DNA of 63,738 nucleotides, filler included, from Octopus bimaculoides (lineage: Eukaryota), in assembly GCF_001194135.2 (NCBI RefSeq). It is 5 parts of 5 records of this genome, joined end to end, with 100 filler letters (N's around TTAATTAATTAA, not from the genome) between each part and the next. Parts side by side here need not be neighbours in the genome. Positions count along the whole stretch, not along the records: positions 15,191 to 25,668 come from NW_026393498.1; positions 25,769 to 41,603 come from NC_069007.1; 3 more parts are not named here. The stretch is one strand, 5' to 3'. Under the pieces are notes generated by a model. The model searched no databases, was not told the DNA's origin, and worked only from the letters and a program-made list of their open reading frames with translations. Shown piece after piece: positions 20,845 through 33,829 of this stretch. How positions within the stretch are numbered: the first letter of the stretch is position 1; each line of letters opens with the position of its first letter. The translations under genes were made by a program, and so were the position numbers.

Positions 20845-21840
20845 TAAGATATAATGTGGATTCTGAGAACCTTCAGAACAAGGGACCAGGAAACTGTGCT
20901 ATTCCTATGGTGGACATTTGTCCTCAGCCGTCTGGACTACTGCTCTCAACTATAGTCACCCTACATTGTAGGATTAATAGCAGAACTCGAGGCGGTTCAG
21001 CAATACTACACGAGGAAAATTGCATCAATGGAACAGCTGAGTTACTGGGAGAGACTGAAAGAGCTCCGACTCTACTCCCTGGAGCGAAAACGGGAGAAGT
21101 ATGCAGTGATATATGTGTGGAACATACTGGAGGGGCTGGCACCAAACTTTGGACTTGAGAGTTATACCGGACCTCGAAATGAACGTCACTGCACTGTTCC
21201 AAAAGCCCCCAGCTGTGTCATCTAAGGCGAGGACCATGTACTGCAATAGCTTGTGATTCAAGGGCCCACAGCTATTTAGCTCATTGGCAAAACATCTGAG
21301 GGATCTCCATGGAGTGGGAGGAGATGTTTTCAAGAAACTTGACCTCTTGCTATCCAAGATCCTGTGGAGGCGCAATGGCCTAGTGGTTAGGGCAGCGGAT
21401 TCGCGGTCATAGGATCGCGGTTTCGATTCCCAGACCGGGCGTTGTGAGTGTTTATTGAGTGGAAACACCTAAAGCTCCACGTGACTCCGGCAGGGGATGG
21501 AGACGAACCCTACTGTACTCTTTCACCACAATTTTCTCTCACTCTTACTTCCTGTTGTGCCTGTAATTCAAAGGGCCAGCCTTGTCACACTCTGTGTCAC
21601 GCTGAATATCCCCGAGAACTACGTTAAGGGTACACGTGTCTGTGGAGTGCTCAGCCACTTGCACGTTAATTCCACGAGCAGGCTGTTCCGTTGATCGGAT
21701 CAACTGGAACCCTCGACGTCGTAAGCGACGGAGTGCCAACAACAACCAAGATCCCAGACGAACTAATATCAAGACAGGAAACTCAAAAGAGGACGGCGGT
21801 ATCGAACTCACTCTATCACCAAAAGCCAAACCCATAGAAC
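20845..21840 (+). mobile_element. CR1-type LINE ORF2 3' fragment, interrupted by a SINE at 21363-21745
   Basis: WILRTF...RLDYCSQL.SPY...LEAVQ...YWERLKELRLYSLERKRE...; the frame resumes after the SINE as SKIPDE...AVSNSLYHQ. Confidence 0.85.
21363..21745 (+). mobile_element. tRNA-derived SINE family A, full length, with (AAC)n tail and 9-bp TSD CCAAGATCC
   Basis: TSD at 21354-21362 and 21746-21754; A and B boxes present. Confidence 0.95.
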
Positions 21841-21998
21841 TGGCCAATTAAAAGGTGATTACAATGGCGGTGCCCCAGCATGGCCGCAGCCACAAGACTG
21901 AAACATATAAAAGAATAAAAGAATGTATACGTATCTGTGTATGTGTATGCAAATATACGTATGTATATGCATACAGGTGTATGTATATATATATACAA

Positions 21999-22071
<73 letters not shown>

Positions 22072-22096
22072 TATATATATACAAATGTATGTATGC

Positions 22097-22138
<42 letters not shown>

Positions 22139-22624
22139 TCATGCATGTTATATTTATAAAACAGCGATGTGGTTTCTGTTTAATAACCTTATGAATTAAT
22201 AACACATCGTTCATTGTCAGTAGTGTTTTGAAAAGGCTTTTGATTAATATATAGCCTTCAGTGAAAATATTCCAAGCCCATATTCCATGTCACGATCGTC
22301 AGAACACATGATGAGATTTATATAGTTTAAGTTCACGGGAAACAATGGAAGTCAGAGTAACGGCGTTTTAAAACTTATTAAAACGGATACTTCGCTCTTT
22401 TTTGCCCTCCCTGTCTCTCTCTTTCACTTTCACTTTCTCTCTCACTCCTTCCTATCTCTCTGTGTCTTTGTTTCTCTCTCTCTTTTTCTCTCCCCCTCTC
22501 TCTCCCCCTCTCTCTCTATTTCTCTCTTTCTCTTTGTCTTGCTTTTTTTAATCACTTATGCTGTGTTTGTGTAGATGCGCTTCCCCCGCACACACACACA
22601 CACACACACTCACATACACCTTTT

Positions 22625-23000
22625 TAAAATTTTATTTACCTCTTTCAGTTACTGGACAACGGTCATGCTGGGGCACCGTCCTAAAAGGTCTTAGTTTCAA
22701 CATATCGATTCCAGCAGTTCTTATTTTATATGTTTGGTACTTATTTTATCGGTCTCGTTTTGCTGAAGCGCTACTTAACGGGGATGTAGATAAACCAACA
22801 CTGGTTGCTAAGCAGTGATGAGGAACAAGCAAACACACAGACACGCGCGCACTCTCAAACGCTTAACCTTTTACTTATTTCAGTTATAGACTGCGACCAT
22901 GCTAGGACTCCACCAGGAAGGGTTTAGCTGAATAAATCGACCCCAGTACATGTTTTAAAGTCTTGTACAGTTTCGTTTTACTGAACCGCTAAGTTACGGA
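22625..23000 (-). mobile_element. Two degraded SINE family B 3' fragments
   Basis: catgctggggcaccgtc and catgctaggactccacc tail motifs. Confidence 0.6.
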
Positions 23001-23055
23001 GTGTCAGGTCCAGTCAGTCCCATTGCGAAGCATCTTTGGGAAATGTTCTCTACAG

Positions 23056-23662
23056 CAATGCTTCTCAAACTTTCTTAGTAATATTGATTTACATCGGAAA
23101 CAATATATATAATGAATATAAAACAAGTTGACAGTTTTCATATTCATTTTGTGGAGTTGCTGTGTGGTAAGTAGCTTGCTTACCAACCACATGGTTCCGG
23201 GTTCAGTCCCACTGCGTGGCACCTTGGGCAAGTATCTTCTATTATAACCTTGAGTGGATTTGGTAGACGGAAACTGAAAGAAGCCCGTCGTATATATGTA
23301 TATATGTGTATATGTATGTGTGTGTATATGCTTGTGTGTCTGTGTTTGTCCCCCCCCCCAACATCGCTTGACAACCGATGCTGGTGTGTTTACGTCCCCG
23401 TAACTTAGCGGTTCGGCTAAAGAGACCGATAGAATAAGTACTAGGCTTACAAAGAATAAGTCCTGCGGTCGATTAGCTCGACTAAAAAGGCGGTGCTCCA
23501 GCATGGCCACAGTCAAATGACTGAAACAAGTAAAAGAGTAATATTAAATAGGCATTTTATAAGCATTTTATAATGTTTCTTGTCTGGAAACTCGCCGCGT
23601 ACCGGCAGCTGATAGCTCGCGGACCGGCACCGGTCCGCGGAACACCACTTTAAGTAGCACTG
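23056..23662. mobile_element. hAT (Charlie-like) MITE with 8-bp TSD CTCTACAR, interrupted by a SINE
   Basis: TIRs CAATGCTTCTCAAAC and CTTTAAGTAGCACTG; flanks CTCTACAG (23048-23055) and CTCTACAA (23663-23670). Confidence 0.8.
23152..23540 (+). mobile_element. SINE family B, full length, nested in the hAT MITE
   Basis: Matches 10598-10972. Confidence 0.9.
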
Positions 23663-24532
23663 CTCTACAATACCACCGGTTCGACTAATGCCTTGTGTGC
23701 GAATTTGGTACATGGAAACTGAAAGAATCCTATCGTGTGTATGTACATATACATATATGTGTGTGTGTGTTTCTGTCTGTGTCTATCCCATAACACCATC
23801 ATCGCTAGACAAACTATGTCGTTTTGTCTATGTCCACATAAATTAAACGGCCTGGCAATAGGGTACGATAGAAAAAATACCAGACGTAAAATATATGTAC
23901 TTGTGACGATATATTTGACTAAAGCCCCTACCTCGACATGGCCGCAGTCCGCAGTCTAATGACTAAAACCACAAATATGAATAAAGATATATTGAATAAC
24001 ATACAGAATGAATTCTTGTTTTGTGAAATTATCTCCACTTCATGACAAGATATAGCAAATTGATTGGTGGCAATCAGGACCAGTTATAATGCGGAAGGGA
24101 GATAATTACAAAACCCAGGAATTCAGCATATTTGTATGTTATTAGGGAGGGGGTGGCAAAAGGTGGTTTGATTATATTGAAGACAAAACCACAACTAGGG
24201 ATATGTGTTTCTATCTCAATGGACGTCATCAGCACAGCAGTTGTCCCTATCTTCGGTGGACAAGATACTTAAATATATACATAAACGAGTAGAATAAACA
24301 CACACAAACACACATATGATTGTGTGTGTGTGTGTGTTTGTATGTATGTTTGTATGAGTGTATAAAATATGCATGTCTGTATACACACACACGCATAGAC
24401 ACACACACATACACGCACACACGTACACACACATATTTGTAAGCTAAGTGCAATACATACGCGCACGATCACACAATCACACGTACATGCACACATACAC
24501 ACACGAACTCAAATACATATTCATGAAACGTT

Positions 24533-24535
<3 letters not shown>

Positions 24536-24610
<75 letters not shown>

Positions 24611-24883
24611 CTTCTATCTATATTAAAGATATTTATTATGTGTTGCTACTAATATATGTACATATCTAAAAGGTCTGTTTGTTTTGCTTGTTACTTGGTT
24701 TTGTTCTTTGCTTTTCGTTTTGATTTGTTGTTTGTTTTTGTTTCCTTGTTCTTTTTTGTTTCTGCTACAATACACGGCACTATGGTGATTGGAAATTCAG
24801 TATTTTGTAACGATGGCCTTTTGACCATCGAACTGGTAGAAACATGCGAAATATATATAATTGCGAGCTTGGCAACATTCCAA

Positions 24884-24916
<33 letters not shown>

Positions 24917-25279
24917 TGTATGTATGTATGAATGGATGTACGTATGTATGTATGTATGAATGGATGTACGTATGTATGTATGTATGTATGTATGTTTGTA
25001 TGTATGTATGTTTGTATGTATGTATGTATGTATGTTTGTATGTATGTATGTATGTGTGTGTGTATGTATGTACGTACGTATGTATGTATGTTATGTTATG
25101 TTATGTTATGTATGTATGTATGTATGCCTGTATATATGTGTGTATGTATGTATGTATGTATGTATGTATGTATGCATGCATGAGTGTGTGTACATACATA
25201 CATATTTACATCCATACATACATATAAACTTACTCAGAAATGGATGCATCGCGTTCAATTATATAACAAAAAATAAATA

Positions 25280-25340
<61 letters not shown>
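24536..25340. repeat. Microsatellite cluster: (TG)n, (TATG)n, (TA)n
   Basis: Directly visible. Confidence 0.95.
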
Positions 25341-25349
<9 letters not shown>

Positions 25350-25512
25350 GTATATGTATGCATGTATAGACAGTTATACATCTGTATACCTATTGCTTAC
25401 AGGCAGATAGATATGTGAATACCTATGTATAGACACACAAACGCACATCTGCACGCACGCACACATACACACACATGCCCATAGATACCTATGTACATAT
25501 ATTTATTTGTGC

Positions 25513-25566
<54 letters not shown>

Positions 25567-25849
25567 GTTTGTGAGTGCATATACATATGCATAAAACACA
25601 TTCATGAACACAAAATCTATACATACATACATATATACGTACATACATTCGTACATACAAACATATATNNNNNNNNNNNNNNNNNNNNNNNNNNNNNNNN
25701 NNNNNNNNNNNNTTAATTAATTAANNNNNNNNNNNNNNNNNNNNNNNNNNNNNNNNNNNNNNNNNNNNTATATATATCCACATGAATATTCACATATATG
25801 TGCAAAGTTGTAACTGCGCTTGAAACTGGTTAGGGCTACACGTGTCTCC

Positions 25850-27270
25850 ATTCTTTCAATACAGTAGCGAAATCATGAGATTGAATTCGACATACATGTA
25901 AACATAAAACTGAATGTTAATATTTTGAATGCCTTTAATACGCACTTTTCTCTTACTTATGTAAGATAACCGTTACTTAATAGAACTTTCTTCAGTCGAT
26001 TGTTCAAATTATACATCCGTAAACGAGCATCATTCGTTCCCTTTATTTCTCTTATGCGTCCCATTAATTTATAATAATTTTCTGACTTCATTTAACTGAA
26101 TGCTTTACTCAGACAACTGATGTACTTTATGATGTTCATCTGACTGAAGTTACAATAGAAGTAGGTCCTGCATATTTTAATATTTCAAATTTAATATTCT
26201 TCCAATGCGCAGTATAATTCTATTGAATTTCAATGAGATTTTTAAACATTATGGTAATTTGTGAAATTATCATTATCGGTGAAAATTTAAATAAGTGCAA
26301 TCGAAAAAAGAAAAAGAGACTTTAAAATTTTTAAAGTTTAAAGTTTTATGAAATTTCATATAGAATGAAGATTAGTATCCCAGAAGTCGTTTCGGTGTTT
26401 GTAGGTAAAGTAGCATATCTAAAATTGATACTACAGCATCCGTTAGGAGAATGGTGTCTTGTTATATTACAGATAGTTTGATTGGTCGATGTATTTCAAA
26501 CGAGAGAGAGAGAGAGGGAAAGACAGAGAGAAAGTGACTGAGAAAGGGAAAGAGATATAGATAGATAGAAAGGAGAGAGAGGGGTGTATAGAGCGGGAGA
26601 GAGAGAAGCATTAAAATGCCAGTGTTGCGACAGAAAATTTAAAGTTGTGTCATGGCTGACAGTTTTGCCATTAGAACGAACAGCGTTCACGCGACGTATT
26701 ATAATAGTCTTATAAAGAATAGAATTTTTGTGAGTTAGCTAAGAGGTTGATCGCTTGATGGAATTCAGACGATTTCGAAAACACCCAGAATGCAATGAAA
26801 TGTTATAAAGAATGGAAGTTGCTGTCATAGATGACAGTTCTGTAGTTAAACAGAAGCAACCCCACCCCAAATCTCTAACAATGTGCATGGGATGGTGTTT
26901 TGTTATTTTGCCAAGAATTTCCACTTGTTGATGCAATTGTGTGAATGAATTGGTAGTAATTATAGAAATTGCTATAACAGCTTCATTTAATGAGATCCTT
27001 GACAAGTAAATGACATTTTCGGTGCTGAATGTGGATGTACAAGAAATAGTGTCAACAAAGATTCTAAGATTCGCTTTCAGGTTTTGCAATGTCTGTCATA
27101 TCTCTCAGACCTGTGCTGTTATATGGCGAAAGATGGAGGGAGAGAGAGAAAGAGAGAGGGAGGATAAGTGGAAGAGAGGGAGAAAGAGAGAGAGAAAAGA
27201 CTATGGGTATACAAAAATGTATGACAGTTAATCGATAGTATGACACTAGTGGCATAGAATAATATTGTTT
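25850..27270 (-). pseudogene. Decayed coding sequence, copy A of a tandem pair; probable LRR(-TM) receptor remnant
   Basis: 116-codon open stretch (26739-27089) with LRR-like spacing (ISIITTNSFTQL..., HIVRDL..., MFKNLIEI further 3'); colinear with 27290-28450; two GA microsatellite insertions. Confidence 0.45.
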
Positions 27271-27289
27271 AGAAGCGTATCGTGGCACC

Positions 27290-28450
27290 GTGGTTGGATA
27301 TATATCATGGAATCTGTCTTATATTGAATCAATGACGTACGTTGAGAATAAAGAAACAATATGAATCAAAAATTATATTTTAACTGGTTGTTCAAAGAAT
27401 CAAAGACATAAATATATAAATACAAATAAAGATTTTCAGTGAAAGAGACAGAGTACTGACATTTCTACTGGTCTTTGAAAGATTTTTACAATTCCAAGTC
27501 CTACTTCGATTTAGTTTGAATGCTTACACTCGTAATCAATAATATCGAATTTCAATGAGAATTTTTAGCGAATGGGAATATGCGTTCTCCAAGTGAGTTT
27601 CACAGGTTGATAAAGATTAAACTGACAGTGAAGACATCAAAATTCTATGAAAGTTGTGCCGAATAAGTATTTTCTGTCCCAGATGACAGTTTGGTCGTTG
27701 TATGGAACGGAGCTCATCTAAAATTCTTCGTGTTGCATCGATTATAAGAACGGTATCTTATGATATTACCGATAGCTTGGCTTTTCAATGTAATTCAAGC
27801 GAGAGGAAAAGAATCAAATTTCTATTACACCTACAGAAAATGTAATGCTGTGTCATAGCTGACGGCTCTGTCAGTCGATGGAACCGCGCTCATTCAAATT
27901 AAATTTTATATATTATAATAGACTTTCGACGAATGGAAATTTGTGACTTCACTCAGACGCTGATCGTTTGATGGATAACGTCCAGGATGCAATGAAATAT
28001 TATATAGAATAGAATTTTCTGTCATAGAATGACAGTTCCGTAGTTAAATAGAAGCGACCACCCAGAAATCTTTAACAATGCATTTTGGGATAGAATGGAA
28101 TGAAATTTTGCGATTTAGCCTATATATTCCAACAGTTTGATGCGATAATGTAAATGAGTTGGTAGTAAATATAGAAATTGCTGGAACAGTTTTACAGAAT
28201 GTGAATCTTGACAGTTAAATGACATTTTCGGGTCTAAACGTTAAAGCAATGTCATCAGATTTACTATGATTCACTTACAGATTTTGGGAATGTCGCTCAT
28301 ATATCGGTGTTCTGTCGTTAAATAGACAGTGGGTCTAGGCTAATACGTTCTGTGACAGGTAATCAATACTGTGGCACTCTTAGCGTCTGAAGAAAATGTA
28401 AAACTTACTGTTCTATTGAAATATCTCGCTCTGTCTTTGAATGATGTACA
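27290..28450 (-). pseudogene. Decayed coding sequence, copy B of the tandem pair
   Basis: Many stops and frameshifts; ISIFTTNSFTL, HSIPKCIVKDF and SILYNISLH align to copy A with several synonymous third-position differences. Confidence 0.45.
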
Positions 28451-28589
28451 GGGTGTGCCAAAGGTAACTGTTTCATAAATATTAACCAATCGGAAATAAG
28501 GAGGACAAAATGTGTCAAGCCCTTTTGCTAAAAAATTGGGGTTTTCTGCTATCTTTTATGTTCTTTTTCCTGGATGTGTTAGTGACATA

Positions 28590-28958
28590 CTGCGGCCAAA
28601 TTGGGGCACAGCTCTTAGGGAATTTAGTCGAAAGAACTGACACCAGGACTTGTTTGTTTCTTATTGAGTCCTGTTGCTCTGGTAATTATTATATCGGTCT
28701 CTACCAAACAACTATAATCACAGCGATGGAAACAAACCAACACCTGTTATCAAGCAGCGTCGGGGGAACAGAAACACAAAGAAATATGTGTAGATATATN
28801 NNNNNNNNNNNNNNNNNNNNNNNNNNNNNNNNNNNNNNNNNNNNNNNNNNNNNNNNNNNNNNNNNNNNNNNNNNNNNNNNNNNNNNNNNNNNNNNNNNNN
28901 NNNNNNNNNNNNNNNNNNNNNNNNNNNNNNNNNNNNNNNNNNNNNNNNNNNNNNNNNN

Positions 28959-28991
<33 letters not shown>

Positions 28992-29490
28992 CATATATAA
29001 ACAAACATATATATATATATACATATATATACACATATATCCATACATATATATATATACATACATATATACATATATACTCGAAATGAGGTGTAGATAG
29101 ACAGCCGACAACTAATGCAGGGTCGTTTCTCTGTGTTTACTTGTCCTGTTTTCTATATCTTTTCTCTCGTTGTTTACGTATTTAATTCGTTTGTCTATGT
29201 ATTTCATGTCGTTTGCACAGTCGGTGTCATCCAGTATCAATATATACACACATATATTATTTATATATATATACACATATATATACACATAAACACACAC
29301 TCACACACCTACACGTATGCAATGGGTTTCTTTCGGTTCCCGTCGACCAAAACTATAAGACACTCACAAGGATTTTGTCGGTCCGGGGTTATAGTAGGAA
29401 ACACTTGCCGAAAGTGCCACACAGTAGGACTGAACCTAGAACCATGTAGCTGGGAATCAAACCTCTTACCATACAGCCATGGTTGTGCCT
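28590..29490 (-). mobile_element. Degraded SINE family B split by an expanded AT microsatellite, a gap and an unrelated segment
   Basis: 3' half at 28590-28790; 5' half at 29320-29490. Confidence 0.65.
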
Positions 29491-30061
29491 ATCCTCAACG
29501 TAATGCTTAGTTAATATATTCAGTTCGCCAGTTTAGAGCCAGTTAATATACCAAACCCTGAATACTGAGATTATTTTCTGAAAATGTTTTAAAGAACGAA
29601 AGCGGCACCAAGTGTTTAAAATTCTTAACATACAGTATACACCACCAACCAAGCAACCATTTTCACAAACAGAAAAACAAAGAAAATGTGCTTTAGAGCT
29701 CATAAATATTTGAAAAAAAACCCCCAAAATTATTACGCGCTGCTGTTGCTGCTACTGCAAGGAAAAATGGTTGACAATCACTCGAGAAGAAGAGAAAAAG
29801 GGAAATGGTTATGAAAAGATTACAAGAACTGAAGAATTCAAATATAATTGGATAAGCGAGAACCAGTTCCGCCAACAGGGATATAGTATTCTCAAGTGAA
29901 ATCTATGAAGATAATTTCATTCATACAAGTAAGTGACGTACAAAATTTCATTACCACAATCAGCGATATAGTAAGGACAAGGAACTCCGTCGTTTGCGAC
30001 GACGTGCATTCAGTTGTTAGATCAGCTGAATTGGCTGATAATATCTAAGTAGTATGTATCG

Positions 30062-30500
30062 TGGTGGGCTGGCGGGATCGTTAGCAAACAGGGCAAGATA
30101 CTAGGAGCATTTCGTCTATCGTCATGTTCTGGGTTCAAATTATTATTTCTTTACTGCCCACAAGGGGCTACATACAGAGGAGACAAACAAGGACAGATAA
30201 AGGGATCAGGTGGACTATATCGACCCCAGTGCGTAACTGGTACTTATTTAATCAACCCCGAAAGGATGAAAGGCAAAGTCGACCTCGGCGGAATTTGAAC
30301 TCAGAACATAGTAGCAGACGAAATACTGCTAAGCATTTCGCCCGGCGTGCTAGAGTTTCTGCCAGCTCTGCTGAGGTCTACTATGCGTTTCATCCCCCCG
30401 AGGTCGAAAAATAAGTACCAGTTGAATACAGCGGTCGATGTAACCAACTTCTCCTCCAAAACTGCTGGCCTTGTGCCAAAATTTGAAATCAATTTTCCAT
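30062..30500. mobile_element. SINE family C (+) with a second family C copy (30140-30368) nested in antisense
   Basis: + head to gggttcaaatt, then a - strand copy (...gtcgacctcggcggaatttgaactcagaac...), then the + body resumes at tgaggtc...gccttgtgccaaaatttgaaa. Confidence 0.75.
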
Positions 30501-32019
30501 TAGTATGTAATTGGATGGGTATTCGATGCAAACGTCTATCCTTAACGTAATTCTCACTAGAAATCTACGTGACATATTGTGACAAAGCAAGGGGTTTGAC
30601 TGACGTAAATAATCCACCCGAGCGCATTTTACAGTTTCTGCCAAACCATTTTCATTGACAAAGCATGGATCAATCTGAAGATAAGGAAAAGCGCACTTGC
30701 ACAATATATGACGTGGAGATATCGAACCCTCAATGTCCCACATCCTCTGGATCACCGCAAGACAATGCAATGTTACTGATCCTTATATTTCCTAGAGGCC
30801 CATCTGTTGAAGAAAGATGCAGAAAATAAGGAGATGAAGGAGGAGGAAGGTACACATGATGCTGAGAACGAGGCGATTTTACCTCCGTTCCAAGCGTCCT
30901 CGGGGCTGTGAACAGAATTGCTCTGAAACAGCTGTAGCAGTAACCATGCTTTCACTCCTAGATCCTACTGTATTTGTAACCTCACTGTCGTCTGCCGTAC
31001 TTTTTCATTTCCTTTTCCTGGTCAGGTGGCTCTACTGTAGCATCTGCCACCGCATGTGTACAACTAGATATTTTGGCGTGCATTACCAGGCTAACCAATC
31101 CATTCTCGGTTTACTTAACGGATTGATATTGAAATTTTCTTAAGAACTACATATCCATACAGATTCTTCTTAGATACATGTACTTGCTGTTGGCAATCAC
31201 TGGGACCATCACTTCTCCACACAGTTGCGCTAGGTGTGGGCGAATATAGCCATGATCAGATTGTTGCTAAGACATCTGCAGCATGATAGTAACTAGTGCT
31301 GAGGTTAGTAGCTTTACAGCTCTTTTTCTCTTCGTCTTCCGCATTGAAAAAAATGAAGAAACAAAAAGCAGGTACATGTGTCCACATACCCTGCCCCGGC
31401 CAACAAAATACACACCTTCCCAGAAAAAAATTTACAGCCTCCTGCAGCTTTTCTTTCGAGATCATATCGTTTAACCTTAGCGTTGAGGGAAAATGCAAGG
31501 ATATTATCTCCCTTAGAGTATTCGATTAAACGCATGGAGCATGACGTACTATCTTTTGTAACACACCTCAACCACTACCACGGCTTTTACGAGAGATGAA
31601 TCAGGTTGAGAATCTCTTTTATCAAAAATATTAACAAATGTTGGAAAGTTGTTGATGGCGTCGAGTTTGCCGTTCGTGCTATTTTGTACTCTATGGTATA
31701 ATATTTTTTATGTCTGCAAGTTATATCCTTGTGTTCGATTTTCATTTTGAGTTGAGTTTGTTTAAGTTACTGCAACTAAGAGAGACTGGTGTGCGACTGT
31801 TTATGACCATTCTATTATAGCCAGCTCCCTACACGTGCGTACATAGACACAGAGAGATACACACATGTATGTATGTATTTATATATATATTTGTGTGTGT
31901 GTGTGTGTATACATGAATATATACATAGCTTTGGAGATAAAAGCAGGACAAATAGAACTCAAAACACGAGAATATATATTTATATATGTAAGTATATCTA
32001 TATATATACATATATGTAC

Positions 32020-32071
<52 letters not shown>

Positions 32072-32595
32072 NNNNNNNNNNNNNNNNNNNNNNNNNNNNN
32101 NNNNNNNNNNNNNNNNNNNNNNNNNNNNNNNNNNNNNNNNNNNNNNNNNNNNNNNNNNNNNNNNNNNNNNNNNNNNNNNNNNNNNNNNNNNNNNNNNNNN
32201 NNNNNNNNNNNNNNNNNNNNNNNNNNNNNNNNNNNNNNNNNNNNNNNNNNNNNNNNNNNNNNNNNNNNNNNNNNNNNNNNNNNNNNNNNNNNNNNNNNNN
32301 NNNNNNNNNNNNNNNNNNNNNNNNNNNNNNNNNNNNNNNNNNNNNNNNNNNNNNNNNNNNNNNNNNNNNNNNNNNNNNNNNNNNNNNNNNNNNNNNNNNN
32401 NNNNNNNNNNNNNNNNNNNNNNNNNNNNNNNNNNNNNNNNNNNNNNNNNNNNNNNNNNNNNNNNNNNNNNNNNNNNNNNNNNNNNNNNNNNNNNNNNNNN
32501 NNNNNNNNNNNNNNNNNNNNNNNNNNNNNNNNNNNNNNNNNNNNNNNNAAAAAGAAGAAAAGGTGAGCACAACGACGACGTCGACGACGACAACG

Positions 32596-32683
<88 letters not shown>
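32596..32683. repeat. (AAT)n microsatellite
   Basis: Directly visible. Confidence 0.95.
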
Positions 32684-32685
<2 letters not shown>

Positions 32686-33829
32686 GCTGCAATAGTAAGA
32701 GTATATAATCAGAGAATACTAAAAAACAGAGAAGAAAATGATGACATTTCCTTTATTACATATAATCAGATTTCGCTGGATATTTTTTGTCTTTTACGAC
32801 AGAATGGAAAGTTTTGAATGAAAAGCAATATGGCGAAATTATCGACGTATAGCTGACATCTTTTTAGTAAATTCTGTTGGAACATCTTGTTCATTAGACA
32901 GGATCGTAACATATCGAAAATAATAAAATAATCTTCGATTATTGTTACTGACAGAAATTCGTGTCAGAAAGTAAATGCTGTATAGAAATGAAAAACAGAG
33001 GTAAATAAATAAAAAAAAAACGAAAAAAGACACAAAGCAAAAACAAAAATTCCTTAAAAGAAGCTACAAAATACAAAATATAAAAAAAAAGCTCTTTCCA
33101 AAAACGCAACTGTTATACACGGACACACACGCACGTAAATTTTTCCTTCACACATACATATTTACAGTTATACATTTTATATAGACATACATTACGGAAA
33201 ATGAAATAATTCTAGAGTCGGAGTGAGTCGACATTTTCATCTGTAAACATAAAAATCAGAAGACTTCATTCTAATTCCTTCGTTTCTATTAGAATGGATA
33301 GAAGTTTGAGTGAAAGAAAAATGGTGGAATTATTCTAAGTTTAGCTGACATTTTTGGTGATTAGATAGAAAGGGGAAAAAAATCTACATTTATTGTTTTA
33401 TGTTTTATATTGTGGTTTATTTTTTGTGTTCTGTTCTTCGAAAATTTTCTATTATAAGGTTATAATGTCGGGAAGACCTTTTTTATATATACAGAATGGA
33501 AATGTGTTTTCAGATTATACGAAATGGAAGCAGAATGTTAGAAATTAACTTTCGTTTCTGGTTATTATAGCAGTCAGTAGTGAACTTATTGAAAACTACA
33601 AGAATAGTTAGTAGTCAGTAGTTAGAAGACCACAGTGGATTAGGTTTCCATTTTACTTTTTATTTTTAAGTAAAATGAACAAACAGAAAAGAACGAAAAT
33701 GTTACATTAGGTTAAGCTTCGAATTATCTGGAAATGGCAAAATCATTTAGTGTGCATTCAGTCGTTGATAAATAGAATTATAAATTCTATCTAAGGCTAT
33801 TTAGTTTTCTACCTGACTCGACAAAATGA

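Noticed and set aside
26739-27089. Reading the duplicated region as protocadherin, Ig-domain or chemotactile/nAChR-like on either strand
   Set aside because: No DxNDN/DxD/LDxE cadherin motifs or Cys-loop; the plus frame has a stop shared by both copies. LRR-like spacing on the minus strand fits better but remains tentative.
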